In this document: positions 1 to 9,571 of the stretch, piece after piece
Layout of the letters: each line of letters opens with the position of its first letter
Position numbering within the stretch: the first letter of the stretch is position 1
NCBI GenBank assembly: GCA_963749705.1
Contig: CAVVNQ010000008.1
Location: 288,001-352,000, forward strand
Direction: 5' to 3'
From: an uncultured Chloroflexia bacterium
GTDB lineage: Bacteria; Chloroflexota; Limnocylindria; Limnocylindrales; CSP1-4
DNA: 64,000 nt
Made by a program: the position numbers and the translations under genes
Notes under the pieces: model-generated
What the model was told of the DNA's origin: nothing
Seen by the model: only the letters and a program-made list of their open reading frames with translations
The model's database searches: none

Positions 1-1
1 G

Positions 2-388
2 GTCTCGAGCAACGACGCCTGGCCCGCGCCGGGTAGCGAGCCCGAGCCGCCAGTGAGCCGTCCATCGATCCAGGGCGCACCGCGCGCGGTGGCCGACCGC
101 GATCCCTACCCGTTCTGCGGCCGCGCAGAGATTGGTGAACCGTCCTCCGTTCTGGGCTGCTTTCGGGACGCCCTGCTCGCTGGGAACAAGGCGGAGATGA
201 TCAATCGCGTGTATGGAACCGAGGGCGGCGAGATCCTCTGGATCTACCGCTATGACGGTGCCGGCCGCCTCCGTCGCTTCCAGCAGGACGGCACCAACTG
301 GGCGATGAACGAAGGCGCGATGATCCTCGGGATCGCACCGCAGACATGGGACTTCGACCCTTGGTGGGGCACCGAGCGGCGGCTCTGA
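2..388 (+). CDS. hypothetical protein, 5'-truncated by window edge (probably secreted)
   Basis: Frame open from base 2 to TGA at 386-388; same orientation as neighbouring lipoproteins. Confidence 0.6.
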   Translation, partial: VSSNDAWPAPGSEPEPPVSRPSIQGAPRAVADRDPYPFCGRAEIGEPSSVLGCFRDALLAGNKAEMINRVYGTEGGEILWIYRYDGAGRLRRFQQDGTNWAMNEGAMILGIAPQTWDFDPWWGTERRL

Positions 389-518
389 ACCCGCCGATCA
401 AGACGCGACATGTCGCGCGTCGCGCCTTGCGAACGCAGCGCGGGATGATCACAATTCCGCTCCCTGAGCGTCTCGATCGCCACCGGGGCGGCCACATCCA
501 GGCCCGAAGGAGCGGAGC

Positions 519-1184
519 GTGAGGCGTTCGATCGCGATCCTGCTCATCTCGATCGCGGCGACCGGCTGCAGTGGCGCCGGGGCAGCGTCACGGGTACCGA
601 AATCCGAGCCACCCCCCACTCCCACGATGCCGGCCACGCCTGTCGCTCCACCCACGGCGGTGCCGTCGACCGCCGCAGTCGCTTCGGAGGCGCCGATCCC
701 GTCCATGCCGCCATTCACGGGCAACCCGACACTGCACGTCGGGAGCGGTCCGGCGGTCGAGCGAACCGGTGATGGTGGCTGCACCGACGTGTTCTATCTC
801 GCAGTCCAGGTCGGCGGATCAGACTGCGGTCCGAGCGCCTTCGGCCTCAACGCGCCGCCACAATCGGTCCAACGTGGTGAGCTGCTCACGATCACCGCAC
901 CGTCCGGCTGGTCGTTCTCCGGGGTGGCCGTCGGTGTTCCGGAGGCGTGGTCGATGACGATTGCCCCCGTCAGCGCGCTCGCGGACATCGGCGAGAACGA
1001 CCAGGCCGAGATCCCTGCCGAACTTGGGACGGTCCTGGGCAGCGGCCACGGGCCGGACGAGATGGCAACCGCGGCGGCGCCGACATCACCCGGCGAATAC
1101 CTCCTCCAGTTCCGGGACGAGCTCGCCGGGGACGGCTGGACGCTCGATGGCGCCACGTTCTTCTGGCGGCTCTCGATCAAGTAG
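519..1184 (+). CDS. putative lipoprotein
   Basis: GTG start after AGGAG; signal peptide with lipobox-like ATGC; P/T/A-rich linker then a globular domain. Confidence 0.75.
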   Translation: MRRSIAILLISIAATGCSGAGAASRVPKSEPPPTPTMPATPVAPPTAVPSTAAVASEAPIPSMPPFTGNPTLHVGSGPAVERTGDGGCTDVFYLAVQVGGSDCGPSAFGLNAPPQSVQRGELLTITAPSGWSFSGVAVGVPEAWSMTIAPVSALADIGENDQAEIPAELGTVLGSGHGPDEMATAAAPTSPGEYLLQFRDELAGDGWTLDGATFFWRLSIK

Positions 1185-1289
1185 GGATCGGAATGGGCAG
1201 CGGGTGACATTCGCGACATGCATTGCGAGGGACGTACCCGCCACTGGCGCCGTTGACCAACCAGAACGGACCGTGGAAGGCTATGGACG

Positions 1290-1673
1290 ATGCATCAGCT
1301 ACGCGTGCCGGCGGGCTCGGAGGTGTTCCTCGGGGCGCCCAGGGTGCCCATGGAGCCCGAGATCGTTACTGCCCTCGGCGGGCTCGTGGACAGCACACCG
1401 GAGGTGATCGAAGCCCATCTGCCGCAGGCGTTTGTGCCCGGCACCATGTCGAGCCCGATGCAGGTGCTGGTGATCGTCACCGAGGAATCGGACAGGCACG
1501 TGGCACTCGCGAAGCTTGGCACCGGTCTCGGGCGCATCCTGCCTGACGGCCGCCCCATCGATGTCTGGCCGTTGAGCCCAGGCGACCAACTCCTGCCGGC
1601 GGTGCGGGGAGCGAACTGTCGTATCGGGAAACGCTCTGGACGACGTGGGATTCTGGGGCGCCTGCGTCGATAG
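1290..1673 (+). CDS. SseB C-terminal-like domain protein
   Basis: VFLGAP...PEVIEAHL...VLVIV...IDVWPL pattern resembles SseB_C; start uncertain. Confidence 0.5.
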   Translation: MHQLRVPAGSEVFLGAPRVPMEPEIVTALGGLVDSTPEVIEAHLPQAFVPGTMSSPMQVLVIVTEESDRHVALAKLGTGLGRILPDGRPIDVWPLSPGDQLLPAVRGANCRIGKRSGRRGILGRLRR

Positions 1674-1985
1674 CGGGCCAGAAATGAGAGTGACGATGAG
1701 CGGCAACGGCCGTCGTGATTGGCGCCGATCGGGTGATCACGACGGATTCAGGCTTGTCGGGGCTTCCGGTCTCGGTCGACGACCTCGCTGCCGGCGGATA
1801 GCCTGCCCGGATCTGGCAGGCTCGACGCGGCCGGCGGGCCCTCGGTCAAGCACCCGCGCCCGTCTGGCCGCCGATGAGCGCTGGGCCAACGCTTGGCAGC
1901 CGAGCGCGAGGTTGGCGCAACTCGCTCGCGTTTGGTCTGGTCCTCACTTGTCCGGGGACGCGCGACCCACCATGCTCGCTGGCAC

Positions 1986-2735
1986 ATGAACCGTCGCCGG
2001 GCCGCTGTTGGGTCACGCTGCCAGTTGCTGTTGGCCGGTGTCGTGCTGGCCGTGGCGTCATGCACGTCCGTGCCACAGGCGACCATGGAAGCCGCCGCCT
2101 CGACGTCCGCGGGTGCATCGACCGCTCCTGCCCCATCGGCTCCCGCCGCCACCGATGCCGCCGCCACGCCGAGCCCGACCGAGATCGCGTCGTCCGCACC
2201 GCTGCCGAGTCCGGGCGGAACCTGTTCGGCGAGCCAGCTCGTGCCGGGCACGGCCACGAACGGGTACACGTTCAGCGCCGTCAACTACCGGCACGTGCAC
2301 CTCGATCAGCCGGTTCGCAATGCCGGCGGCGGGTGCGTGCTGGCTGTGCCGGCAATGATCGGGGTCGCGTCCGCGACCGGGCTCGTCCAGGCCGTCCAGG
2401 TCAACAACATCGGCTACGACGTCTGCGTCGACGACGCCTGCCAGTTCGTCAGTCCGCCGTCATACGAGATCCGGGCCGGGCAGTCGCTGGGGATCGCCCT
2501 TGACGCCTCGTGGTGGGTCGGCGGCTACGACGAGAATGGAGCGCCGATCGACACGCCGCCTCCGTGCCCCGGCGCGGTCAACGATGTGACCCGCGTCGAG
2601 ATCCCGCTCGCGTCCGGCGCCCTCACGATCGATCTCGAGACGGCCGTCCGCGTGCCCGAGTCAAGCGTCCCCTGGCAGGAGGTCTGCGCCGGCCGGGACA
2701 GCATCTCGCTCTCGATCACGACCGAGAGTCCGTGA
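1986..2735 (+). CDS. putative Cys-rich lipoprotein
   Basis: MNRRR n-region, lipobox LAVASC, S/A/P linker, six further Cys in the C-terminal domain. Confidence 0.7.
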   Translation: MNRRRAAVGSRCQLLLAGVVLAVASCTSVPQATMEAAASTSAGASTAPAPSAPAATDAAATPSPTEIASSAPLPSPGGTCSASQLVPGTATNGYTFSAVNYRHVHLDQPVRNAGGGCVLAVPAMIGVASATGLVQAVQVNNIGYDVCVDDACQFVSPPSYEIRAGQSLGIALDASWWVGGYDENGAPIDTPPPCPGAVNDVTRVEIPLASGALTIDLETAVRVPESSVPWQEVCAGRDSISLSITTESP

Positions 2736-2776
2736 ATGACAAGGCTGATCAGGTTGCGCGCCCGGCGGCCCGACGC

Positions 2777-3307
2777 ATGACTCCCGCGGTGACGATCCGG
2801 GAGGCGCTGCCGGGTGAGCTCGATGCGGCGGGTGAGGTCGTCGTGCGCGCCTACGGAACGCTGCCGGGACCGCGCCACCCCGAATACCTCGCCTTCATCC
2901 GCGACGCGGCGCGGCGAGCTCGCCATTGCTCGATCCTGGTTGCGATCGACGCTGCGTCCGGCGAGCTGGTGGGGAGCGTGAGCTACGTCCCGGACGCTCG
3001 GAACCCCTACGCGGAGCTGGAACGCGACGGCGAGGCAGGGTTTCGGATGCTCGGCGTGTCGCCTGAGGCGCGTGGACGCGGCGTCGGAGAGGCGCTGGTT
3101 CGCGCCTGCATCGCCCGCGCCAAGGCTGCCGGTCGGAGCGGCATCGCCATCTCCACGGTTCCCACCATGACGGCGGCGCACCGCCTCTACGAACGACTCG
3201 GGTTCCGGCGAGCGCCCGACCGGGACCACGAGCCGGTGCCCGGGGTCCGGCTGTGGGCGTATGTCCTATCGCTGGCCGGCGACCCGATGGAGGGAGGCGC
3301 GGGATGA
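2777..3307 (+). CDS. GNAT family N-acetyltransferase
   Basis: LGVSPEARGRGVGEAL acetyl-CoA motif A; AHRLYERLGF motif B; alternative GTG start at 2732. Confidence 0.9.
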   Translation: MTPAVTIREALPGELDAAGEVVVRAYGTLPGPRHPEYLAFIRDAARRARHCSILVAIDAASGELVGSVSYVPDARNPYAELERDGEAGFRMLGVSPEARGRGVGEALVRACIARAKAAGRSGIAISTVPTMTAAHRLYERLGFRRAPDRDHEPVPGVRLWAYVLSLAGDPMEGGAG

Positions 3308-4245
3308 CCGTCTCGAGGCTGAGACACCGTAGGGTAGGCCCGGCATTCGATCCGGCGGCGGGGCTGACGCGACTCCTGGCTCTCGTCATCGCCATTGCCG
3401 CGACGGCCGTGCTGGCCGGCTGCGTGGGCAGCCCCGACAACGTCGAGCGGCTCGAGCGCCAGGCGCACACCGCTCTGACCCGCTGGGCCGATGCCGTCGG
3501 CGCAGCTGGCGGACCGTCGCCGGTGGTCCTCGTCGGCGAGCTGACCGGCCAGATCGGCGACTGGGAGCTCGAGGTTGGAGACAACAACAAGCGCGCGCTC
3601 TACGCGGGCATGGTCGAGGCGCCCGACGGCCTTCCGGACGAGCAGCCGCCGGACGGCGAGGTCCGCTGGCCGGACGGCACCACCGCGACGGTGCCGGTGC
3701 TCTCCGCGCAGCAGGCCGTCACGGCGATCCGGGACACCGCGACGGCGCCCTGCGGCGACTGCACCATGATGCAGATCACGGCCGCGGCACTGACCAACGA
3801 GTCGATCGAGACGAGCCGCGGACCGGCCACAGGGCCGGTCTGGGAGTTCACCCTGCAGGGCACGGCGGTCAAGGTGACTCGCGCGGCCATCGCGCATCCG
3901 ATCACGGTCATGCCGCCCCAATGGGACGGCAGCGACCCGCCCGGCGGGCTCGCGATCAATTCGGCCACCGGGACCATCGGCGGATCGGAGCTCACCGTCG
4001 ACTTCGTCGGAGCTCCCGATCCCGGCGACGAGCCGTGCGGGGAGGACTACACGACCGAGGCGGTCGAGTCAGACCTGGCGGTCGTCGTGATCGTGATCCG
4101 GCACCCCAACATGCCGCTGTTCGGCGGATGCACCGCGGCCGGGGCCCGGCGGACGGCCACCGTCGAGCTGGCGGCACCCCTCGGAGACCGCGCCGTGCTC
4201 GAGGTCCAGCAGGGATTGCCCGTGCCGGTCGTGCTGACGCCGTGA
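3304..4245 (+). CDS. putative lipoprotein
   Basis: Hydrophobic signal ending VLAGC; ATGA overlap with the upstream stop. Confidence 0.75.
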   Translation: MTVSRLRHRRVGPAFDPAAGLTRLLALVIAIAATAVLAGCVGSPDNVERLERQAHTALTRWADAVGAAGGPSPVVLVGELTGQIGDWELEVGDNNKRALYAGMVEAPDGLPDEQPPDGEVRWPDGTTATVPVLSAQQAVTAIRDTATAPCGDCTMMQITAAALTNESIETSRGPATGPVWEFTLQGTAVKVTRAAIAHPITVMPPQWDGSDPPGGLAINSATGTIGGSELTVDFVGAPDPGDEPCGEDYTTEAVESDLAVVVIVIRHPNMPLFGGCTAAGARRTATVELAAPLGDRAVLEVQQGLPVPVVLTP

Positions 4246-4259
4246 ATGGGTGGGCTGCG

Positions 4260-4709
4260 ATGTCGCGGGTCGTGACCGCGCCCGCTCGCGTGGGACTCGT
4301 CGGGGCCATGCTGTTCGCGGCGCTGATCGTCGGTGGCTGCGACGCGCGCTCGCTGACCGACCCGCTCGGGCAGACCTGCTGCACGCACGGACCGACCGGT
4401 GCGCCGGGCGGACTCTCGCGTGACGCCGCCATCGCGCGGGCTCTCGAGGTGGCGCCGGTGTCGAGCGCCTTACCGGCGGTCATCTGGGCCGAGGTCGAAT
4501 CAGACCCGTTCGTCCCACGGGGCAACGCCACGCCGGGGCCCCTGGTGTGGATCGTCCGCCTGCAGGGCGCGCTGACCCCGTCGGCGTGCCCGACCGGGTT
4601 CCTGGACGTCCCGCCGGCGGCCACGTCGAGCGCCTGCCTCGACATGGATGGCGGACTCGACGTCGTGCTCGACTACTTCACGGGCGAGCTGTTGGGGTGG
4701 GTTCACTGA
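4260..4709 (+). CDS. putative small Cys-rich lipoprotein
   Basis: Signal peptide with IVGGC; C-terminal VVLDYFTGELL (PepSY-like ending). Confidence 0.65.
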   Translation: MSRVVTAPARVGLVGAMLFAALIVGGCDARSLTDPLGQTCCTHGPTGAPGGLSRDAAIARALEVAPVSSALPAVIWAEVESDPFVPRGNATPGPLVWIVRLQGALTPSACPTGFLDVPPAATSSACLDMDGGLDVVLDYFTGELLGWVH

Positions 4710-4777
4710 ACCCACCCCTGACCGTGTTTCCGGGCGCTCCGGCGCAGATCGCCGGCAATCGACCGCCGCCAGCCTGG

Positions 4778-5113
4778 TTACATCACGCCGACGACGTGAC
4801 CTTCGGGATCCGCGAACAGCGCGATGGTCGTCTCCGGCGCCACCTCGGTAAGCGGCATGATCACGCGCCCGCCGCCGGCGACCGCCCGATCGAGGATTCC
4901 CTGCGGGTCCTCGCCGTGGACGTAGAACGTGACGTGGCCGGCACCGCCGTCGCTGCTCGCGCCGACGCCGGCTGCGATGTCACCCAGCCGGGCCATCCCG
5001 TACCCGGTCGGGTTGTCGGTGTCGAACGTCCAGCCGAGGACGTCTGAGTAGAACCGCTGGAGCGCGGGACCGTCCTTGCCCACGACCTCGACGTGGATCA
5101 CGTGGTTGCCCAT
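4778..5113 (-). CDS. VOC/glyoxalase family protein
   Basis: HVEV...FYSDVLGW...FADPEGHVVG motifs; AGGAGG RBS upstream. Confidence 0.9.
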   Translation of the reverse strand: MGNHVIHVEVVGKDGPALQRFYSDVLGWTFDTDNPTGYGMARLGDIAAGVGASSDGGAGHVTFYVHGEDPQGILDRAVAGGGRVIMPLTEVAPETTIALFADPEGHVVGVM

Positions 5114-5326
5114 CGGGTTGTGCCTCCTGGCCAATTCGGGGCGGCTCTGGTACCGCTCTCAGGAGGACGACGTACGGCCGCCCACCGAATCGACAGGTCG
5201 TCGAGCTTCGCCGCGACGAGCCCCTGCAAATGGCGCGTCGCTGAGTGGTCGATCCCTGCCCCGGCCGCGTCGGCCCCCGGCGAGAACCTCGTGTCGGTCC
5301 AGCCGTCGCGTGCGACCCTGATACGC

Positions 5327-5713
5327 GTGACTGATCCCGGAGCAACCCCGGAGACACGCGTCGACCGCTGGCTGTGCGCGGTGCGGCTGGTGAAGACCCG
5401 CCCGCTTGCGATGCAGCTGTGCGAGGGCGGTCACGTCCGGATCAATGGAACGCCCGCGAAGCCCTCGACGAGGGTTCGCACCGGCGATCGCGTGGAGGCG
5501 CTCATCGCGGGCCGCGAGCGGATCGTCGAGGTCGTTCGGCCGATCGAGTCGCGCGTTGGAGCTGCCGTCGCCACGCAGTACTACGTGGACCACAGCCCGC
5601 CGCCGATCGTGACCGAGATTCGGCCGGGGATCATGGCTGTCCGGGGCGAAGGCCGGCCGAGCAAGCGTCTTCGGCGCGAGCTCGAGCGCCTGCGCCGGGC
5701 GGGCGACCGCTGA
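5327..5713 (+). CDS. S4-domain RNA-binding protein (Hsp15-like)
   Basis: RVDRWLCAVRLVKTR...GGHVRING...KPS; C-terminal GRPSKRLRR. Confidence 0.88.
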   Translation: MTDPGATPETRVDRWLCAVRLVKTRPLAMQLCEGGHVRINGTPAKPSTRVRTGDRVEALIAGRERIVEVVRPIESRVGAAVATQYYVDHSPPPIVTEIRPGIMAVRGEGRPSKRLRRELERLRRAGDR

Positions 5714-5755
5714 GCCGCGCGCTGGGGCCTGTCCGCGAGTCGGGAGCGCTGGTAC

Positions 5756-7381
5756 CTACCGCTTCGCGCCGCCGCCCTTCGTCGCCGCTCGTTCCCGGTC
5801 CTTCACGATCGCGGCCGCCGCCAGCTTCCCCGGCGCACCCGACACGCAGCCGCCCGGGTGCGTCCCCGAGCCGCACTGGTAGTAGCCGGTGATCGGCGTC
5901 CGGTAGTCGCTCCAGCCCGGCGCGGGTCGGAAGAAATACATCTGCGGCGCCAGGAACTCGCCCGCAAAGATGTTGCCCTCCGACAGCCCCACCACCCGCT
6001 CGATGTCGGCCGGCGTGACCACCTCGCGGTGGAGGATGAGTGACGAGAACCCCGGGAAGAACGACTCCAACGTCCGCTGCACCGTGTCCCCCAGACCGGC
6101 ACGCTCCGTCTCCCAGTCGCTCTCGCGGAGCTGGTAGGGCACGTACTGCACGAAGCAGGACATGATGTGCTTGCCGGGCGGGGCCATGTCGGGGTCGATC
6201 GTGGACTGGATCGCGCAGTCGAGGTACGGGCGCTGGCTGTACCAGCCGTACTTCGCGTCGTCGTAGGCGCGCTCGAGGTAGTCGAGCGAGGGCCCGATGT
6301 TGGTGAACCCCCGGTAGTGGTCCTCGCGATCGGCGAGGGCCGGGTAGACCGGCAGCCCGTCGAGCGCGAAGTTGACCTTGGCCGAGGTGCCCTGGAACCG
6401 GAACCGCCGGATCGCGTCGACGAGGTCCGACGGCAGCTCGCGCGGATCGACGAGCTCGGTGAACGTCCGCCGCGGGTCCAGCGCGGACACCACGATCGGC
6501 GCCTGGTACTCGCCACCGTCCTCGAGCGCCACGCCCGTGACACGCCCGTCGCGCGTGATCACCGAGGCGACCGGCGACTCCAGCCGGATCTCCGCGCCCA
6601 GCGCCGTCGCGGCCCGGGCCATGACCTGGGTCAGCCCGCCATTGCCGCCCTTGTGGAACGACCACGCCCCGAAGATGCCGTCGTGCTCGCCAAGCAGGTG
6701 GTACAGCAGCACCAGACCCGAGCCCTGCGACCGCGGCCCCACCTTGGTGCCGATGATCGCGGACGAGGCGAGGTACCCCTTCAGGATGTCCGACTCGAAG
6801 TAGTCGTCGAGGAAGTCCGCGGCGCTGCCGGTCAGCAGCCGGACCGCGTTGTGGAGGACCTCCTTGGGCAGCGCCCGGAAGCGCGCGCCCAGCCCGGCCA
6901 GGGCGAGCAGCTCCTCCGGATCGTCGCTGAACAGGTTGGGCGGCGGGGCGTCCATCAGCGGCTTGAGCGCCTGGAGCACCTTGTTGAGGTCGTGCTCGAA
7001 CTTGTCGTAGTTGTCGGCGTCGTGCCTCGAGTGGCGCGCGATCTCCCGCTGGTTGACGCCGTGGTCCTGGCCCAGCAGCAGGTAGTCGCCGTTCTCCATG
7101 GGCGCGAACGTCGACGACATGAGCAGCGGCATGAACCCGTGCTTGACGAGGTCGAGGTCCTGGACGATGTCCGGCCGCAACAGGCTCAGCGCGTAGGAGA
7201 AGGTCGTGAACGAGAAGCCCGGGTACAGCTCCTCGGTGATCGCGGCACCGCCTACGAACGGACGGCGCTCGAGGACCAGCGTCCGCAGCCCCGCCTTGGC
7301 GAGGTAGGCGCCGTTGACGAGGCCGTTGTGGCCGCCGCCGACGACGATGGCGTCATAGGTTCGATCGGTCGAGGTCGTCAT
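5756..7381 (-). CDS. phytoene dehydrogenase-like NAD(P)/FAD-dependent oxidoreductase
   Basis: GGGHNGL Rossmann motif, LERR..VGGA, C-terminal GSGTHPGGCVSGAPG. Confidence 0.9.
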   Translation of the reverse strand: MTTSTDRTYDAIVVGGGHNGLVNGAYLAKAGLRTLVLERRPFVGGAAITEELYPGFSFTTFSYALSLLRPDIVQDLDLVKHGFMPLLMSSTFAPMENGDYLLLGQDHGVNQREIARHSRHDADNYDKFEHDLNKVLQALKPLMDAPPPNLFSDDPEELLALAGLGARFRALPKEVLHNAVRLLTGSAADFLDDYFESDILKGYLASSAIIGTKVGPRSQGSGLVLLYHLLGEHDGIFGAWSFHKGGNGGLTQVMARAATALGAEIRLESPVASVITRDGRVTGVALEDGGEYQAPIVVSALDPRRTFTELVDPRELPSDLVDAIRRFRFQGTSAKVNFALDGLPVYPALADREDHYRGFTNIGPSLDYLERAYDDAKYGWYSQRPYLDCAIQSTIDPDMAPPGKHIMSCFVQYVPYQLRESDWETERAGLGDTVQRTLESFFPGFSSLILHREVVTPADIERVVGLSEGNIFAGEFLAPQMYFFRPAPGWSDYRTPITGYYQCGSGTHPGGCVSGAPGKLAAAAIVKDRERAATKGGGAKR

Positions 7382-7383
7382 CG

Positions 7384-8586
7384 TCAGGCCGTCTTTCGCT
7401 CGGGGTTCCAGAGGGGCGGGCGCGCGGTGTGCGCCGCGACGTGGACGTACCGGTGGCTGATCGGGATCTCGAGGTTGACCTTCGATCCCGGCGCCGCGAG
7501 CTCGACCGGCACCCGCACCAGCCCGATGTGCCGCTGGAGCATGGGCGAGTACATGAAGCTCGTCGCGTAGCCGACCTGGGTCCCGTCGTCGTCGTACACG
7601 AACATCTCCTCCTGGACGGGCGTGTGGTCCATGGGCGGGATGAAGCCGGCCTCGTCGTGGAGGCGGTTCCAGTCGCGCCAGTCCACGACAAGCCCGGTCA
7701 GCCGGAACCGCGAGGACTTCTCGGCCAGCTCGCGCCGGATCGCGTTGCGCCCGATGAACACCCGGTCGTCGGTGGTGACGCCCTTGAGCATCCAGCCCAG
7801 CCCCAGCTCGTGCGGGGTGGCCCGGTCCGCGTCCGTCCAGGCCAGGCGGCTGGACGCGAAGTCCACGTCGAGCAGCAGCAGCCCCGCCTCGATCCGGGTC
7901 ATGTACAGCGCCTGGAGCCCGAACGGCAGCACGCCGTGGCCGCGCGAGGCGGCCCACACGGCATCCCAGACCTCGAGCGCGCGGTCCGCCGCGACCCAGA
8001 TCTCGTAGCCCAGGTCCCCGGTGTAGCCGGTGCGCGAGATGGTGACCGGGCGGCCCGCGATCTTGCCGGTGGTGATGCCGAAGAACGGCAGCCCCTCGAC
8101 CGCCGGCACCAGCGTGGCCAGGATCGCCCGGGAGCGCGGGCCCTGGATCGACAGCACCGCGTGCTGGTCCGACACGTCCTCGATCGTCACCTGGTCGCGG
8201 GACCCGACCAGGTCGCGGAAGTAGCCGAGGTTGGGCTCGGCCGAGGTGAGCACGAACTCCTGCGCGCCGTGCCGCAGGAGGACGCCGTCCTCGACGATGA
8301 ACCCGCGGTCATCGCACCAGATCGTGTACTGGGCCTGCCCGGGGGCGAGCACGCGTGGATCGCGCGCCATGACACCCGCCAGGAAGCGCTCCGCGCCCGG
8401 CCCGGAGAACCGGTACTTGAACAGCGGCGAGGTGTCGAACACGCCGGCCGAGTTGCGGACGGCGAAGTACTCGAACTTCTCGGACAGCCCGTACTTCTCG
8501 GCCGCGAGATGGCCGGACCAGTGGCTCCACAGCCCGGTCTCGTTCAGCGCGGACGTACGCTCGTGGAACGGGGTCGTGCGGATCAT
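7384..8586 (-). CDS. aminomethyltransferase (GcvT-like) family protein
   Basis: RTTPFH, EYFAVR..AGVFDTS, QGPRS, SRTGYTGDLGYEIW, RIEAGL. Confidence 0.9.
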   Translation of the reverse strand: MIRTTPFHERTSALNETGLWSHWSGHLAAEKYGLSEKFEYFAVRNSAGVFDTSPLFKYRFSGPGAERFLAGVMARDPRVLAPGQAQYTIWCDDRGFIVEDGVLLRHGAQEFVLTSAEPNLGYFRDLVGSRDQVTIEDVSDQHAVLSIQGPRSRAILATLVPAVEGLPFFGITTGKIAGRPVTISRTGYTGDLGYEIWVAADRALEVWDAVWAASRGHGVLPFGLQALYMTRIEAGLLLLDVDFASSRLAWTDADRATPHELGLGWMLKGVTTDDRVFIGRNAIRRELAEKSSRFRLTGLVVDWRDWNRLHDEAGFIPPMDHTPVQEEMFVYDDDGTQVGYATSFMYSPMLQRHIGLVRVPVELAAPGSKVNLEIPISHRYVHVAAHTARPPLWNPERKTA

Positions 8587-8701
8587 GCGCGGGGCTCTGC
8601 CTCCCTTGGGAACCCGGACGGTAGCCGACGCAGGTCTCCGGAGGCAGGGGCGTTGCTTGGGGTGGGTCAGGTCCGCCGAGATCGGGCCGGATCCGGGGGC
8701 G

Positions 8702-9193
8702 TCAGGCCGTAACGGTCTCGCGCTCGTCCTCGCCCGGCGCCTCGGAGGTGATCCCCCAGCCGCCGAAGATGGCCGTGCCCTCGAGACGCAGCGTCGGCGC
8801 ATCGGCCGGTCGCTCGATGCTCGGGCGCCCGTCACCGGCACCGCCGATCCCGACGATCCGCGTCTCCACGTTCCAGGTCTCGGGCACGATCAGGTTGCCG
8901 CCGCCGAACAGCGCGCTGGAGTGGATCGTGGCGCCGGCCGGGTCCAGGGTGGCATCGCGCAGGTCGAGCGTGCCGCCACCGAACCAGGTCGTGACGGTGC
9001 CGCCCTTGAACGCGCCGGACTCGCTGTGGAACTCGAGCGGACCGAAGGTCGCGACAAGGTCGACCTCATCCGAGGCGGGGTCCTGCGGCACGGCTTCGCG
9101 CCGTCGCGTCGCGGCGTAGATCACGGATCCGATCATGAACACGAACCACGCGAACAGCAGCAGGCTGACCGCCCGCATGAGCTTTCCCAACAT
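8702..9193 (-). CDS. LiaF/DUF2154-like cell-envelope stress membrane protein
   Basis: One TM helix followed by FGGGTLDLRDA, ALFGG..LIVP..WNV, AIFGG repeats. Confidence 0.75.
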   Translation of the reverse strand: MLGKLMRAVSLLLFAWFVFMIGSVIYAATRRREAVPQDPASDEVDLVATFGPLEFHSESGAFKGGTVTTWFGGGTLDLRDATLDPAGATIHSSALFGGGNLIVPETWNVETRIVGIGGAGDGRPSIERPADAPTLRLEGTAIFGGWGITSEAPGEDERETVTA

Positions 9194-9518
9194 CGCTGTC
9201 CTCATCTGCTGTGGGTCGTTCCCCGACCCGGACGGCGCTCCACCCGCCGCCCTCACATGGTGCCCTCGGACACCGCTCGTGGTCCAGTGCCGTGTGACGG
9301 CACGCCGACGGCTATCGAGCCTGCACCGGGTCGCCGTGCGCACGACCGCCGCCCATCGGCGATCGGCACGAGCACCCGCGAGCCAGTCGCCGGCCGGAGG
9401 CTGATTCGCGTGATCGAGCCCCGGCCTGTATGGTGGCCGCCTTCTCGTGCTCGATGGGCGCGCCGGTCAGCGCCCCGGTCCAACGGACCGCCCGATCCCG
9501 AATCACCATCACCAGCGC

Positions 9519-9569
9519 CCTGACCGGGCCCCGCATGCGTGCGGGAAGGGCCCTCAGGAGCGTTCCTCC
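9519..9569 (+). promoter_or_regulatory. stem-loop covering the Shine-Dalgarno of the helicase gene
   Basis: CCTGA/TCAGG, GGGCCC/GGGCCC and CGCA/TGCG nested pairings; 3' arm includes AGGAG. Confidence 0.5.
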
Positions 9570-9571
9570 CC

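Noticed and set aside
1-4750. Integron-like cassette array among the co-oriented lipoprotein genes
   Set aside because: No recurring recombination site; several genes overlap directly
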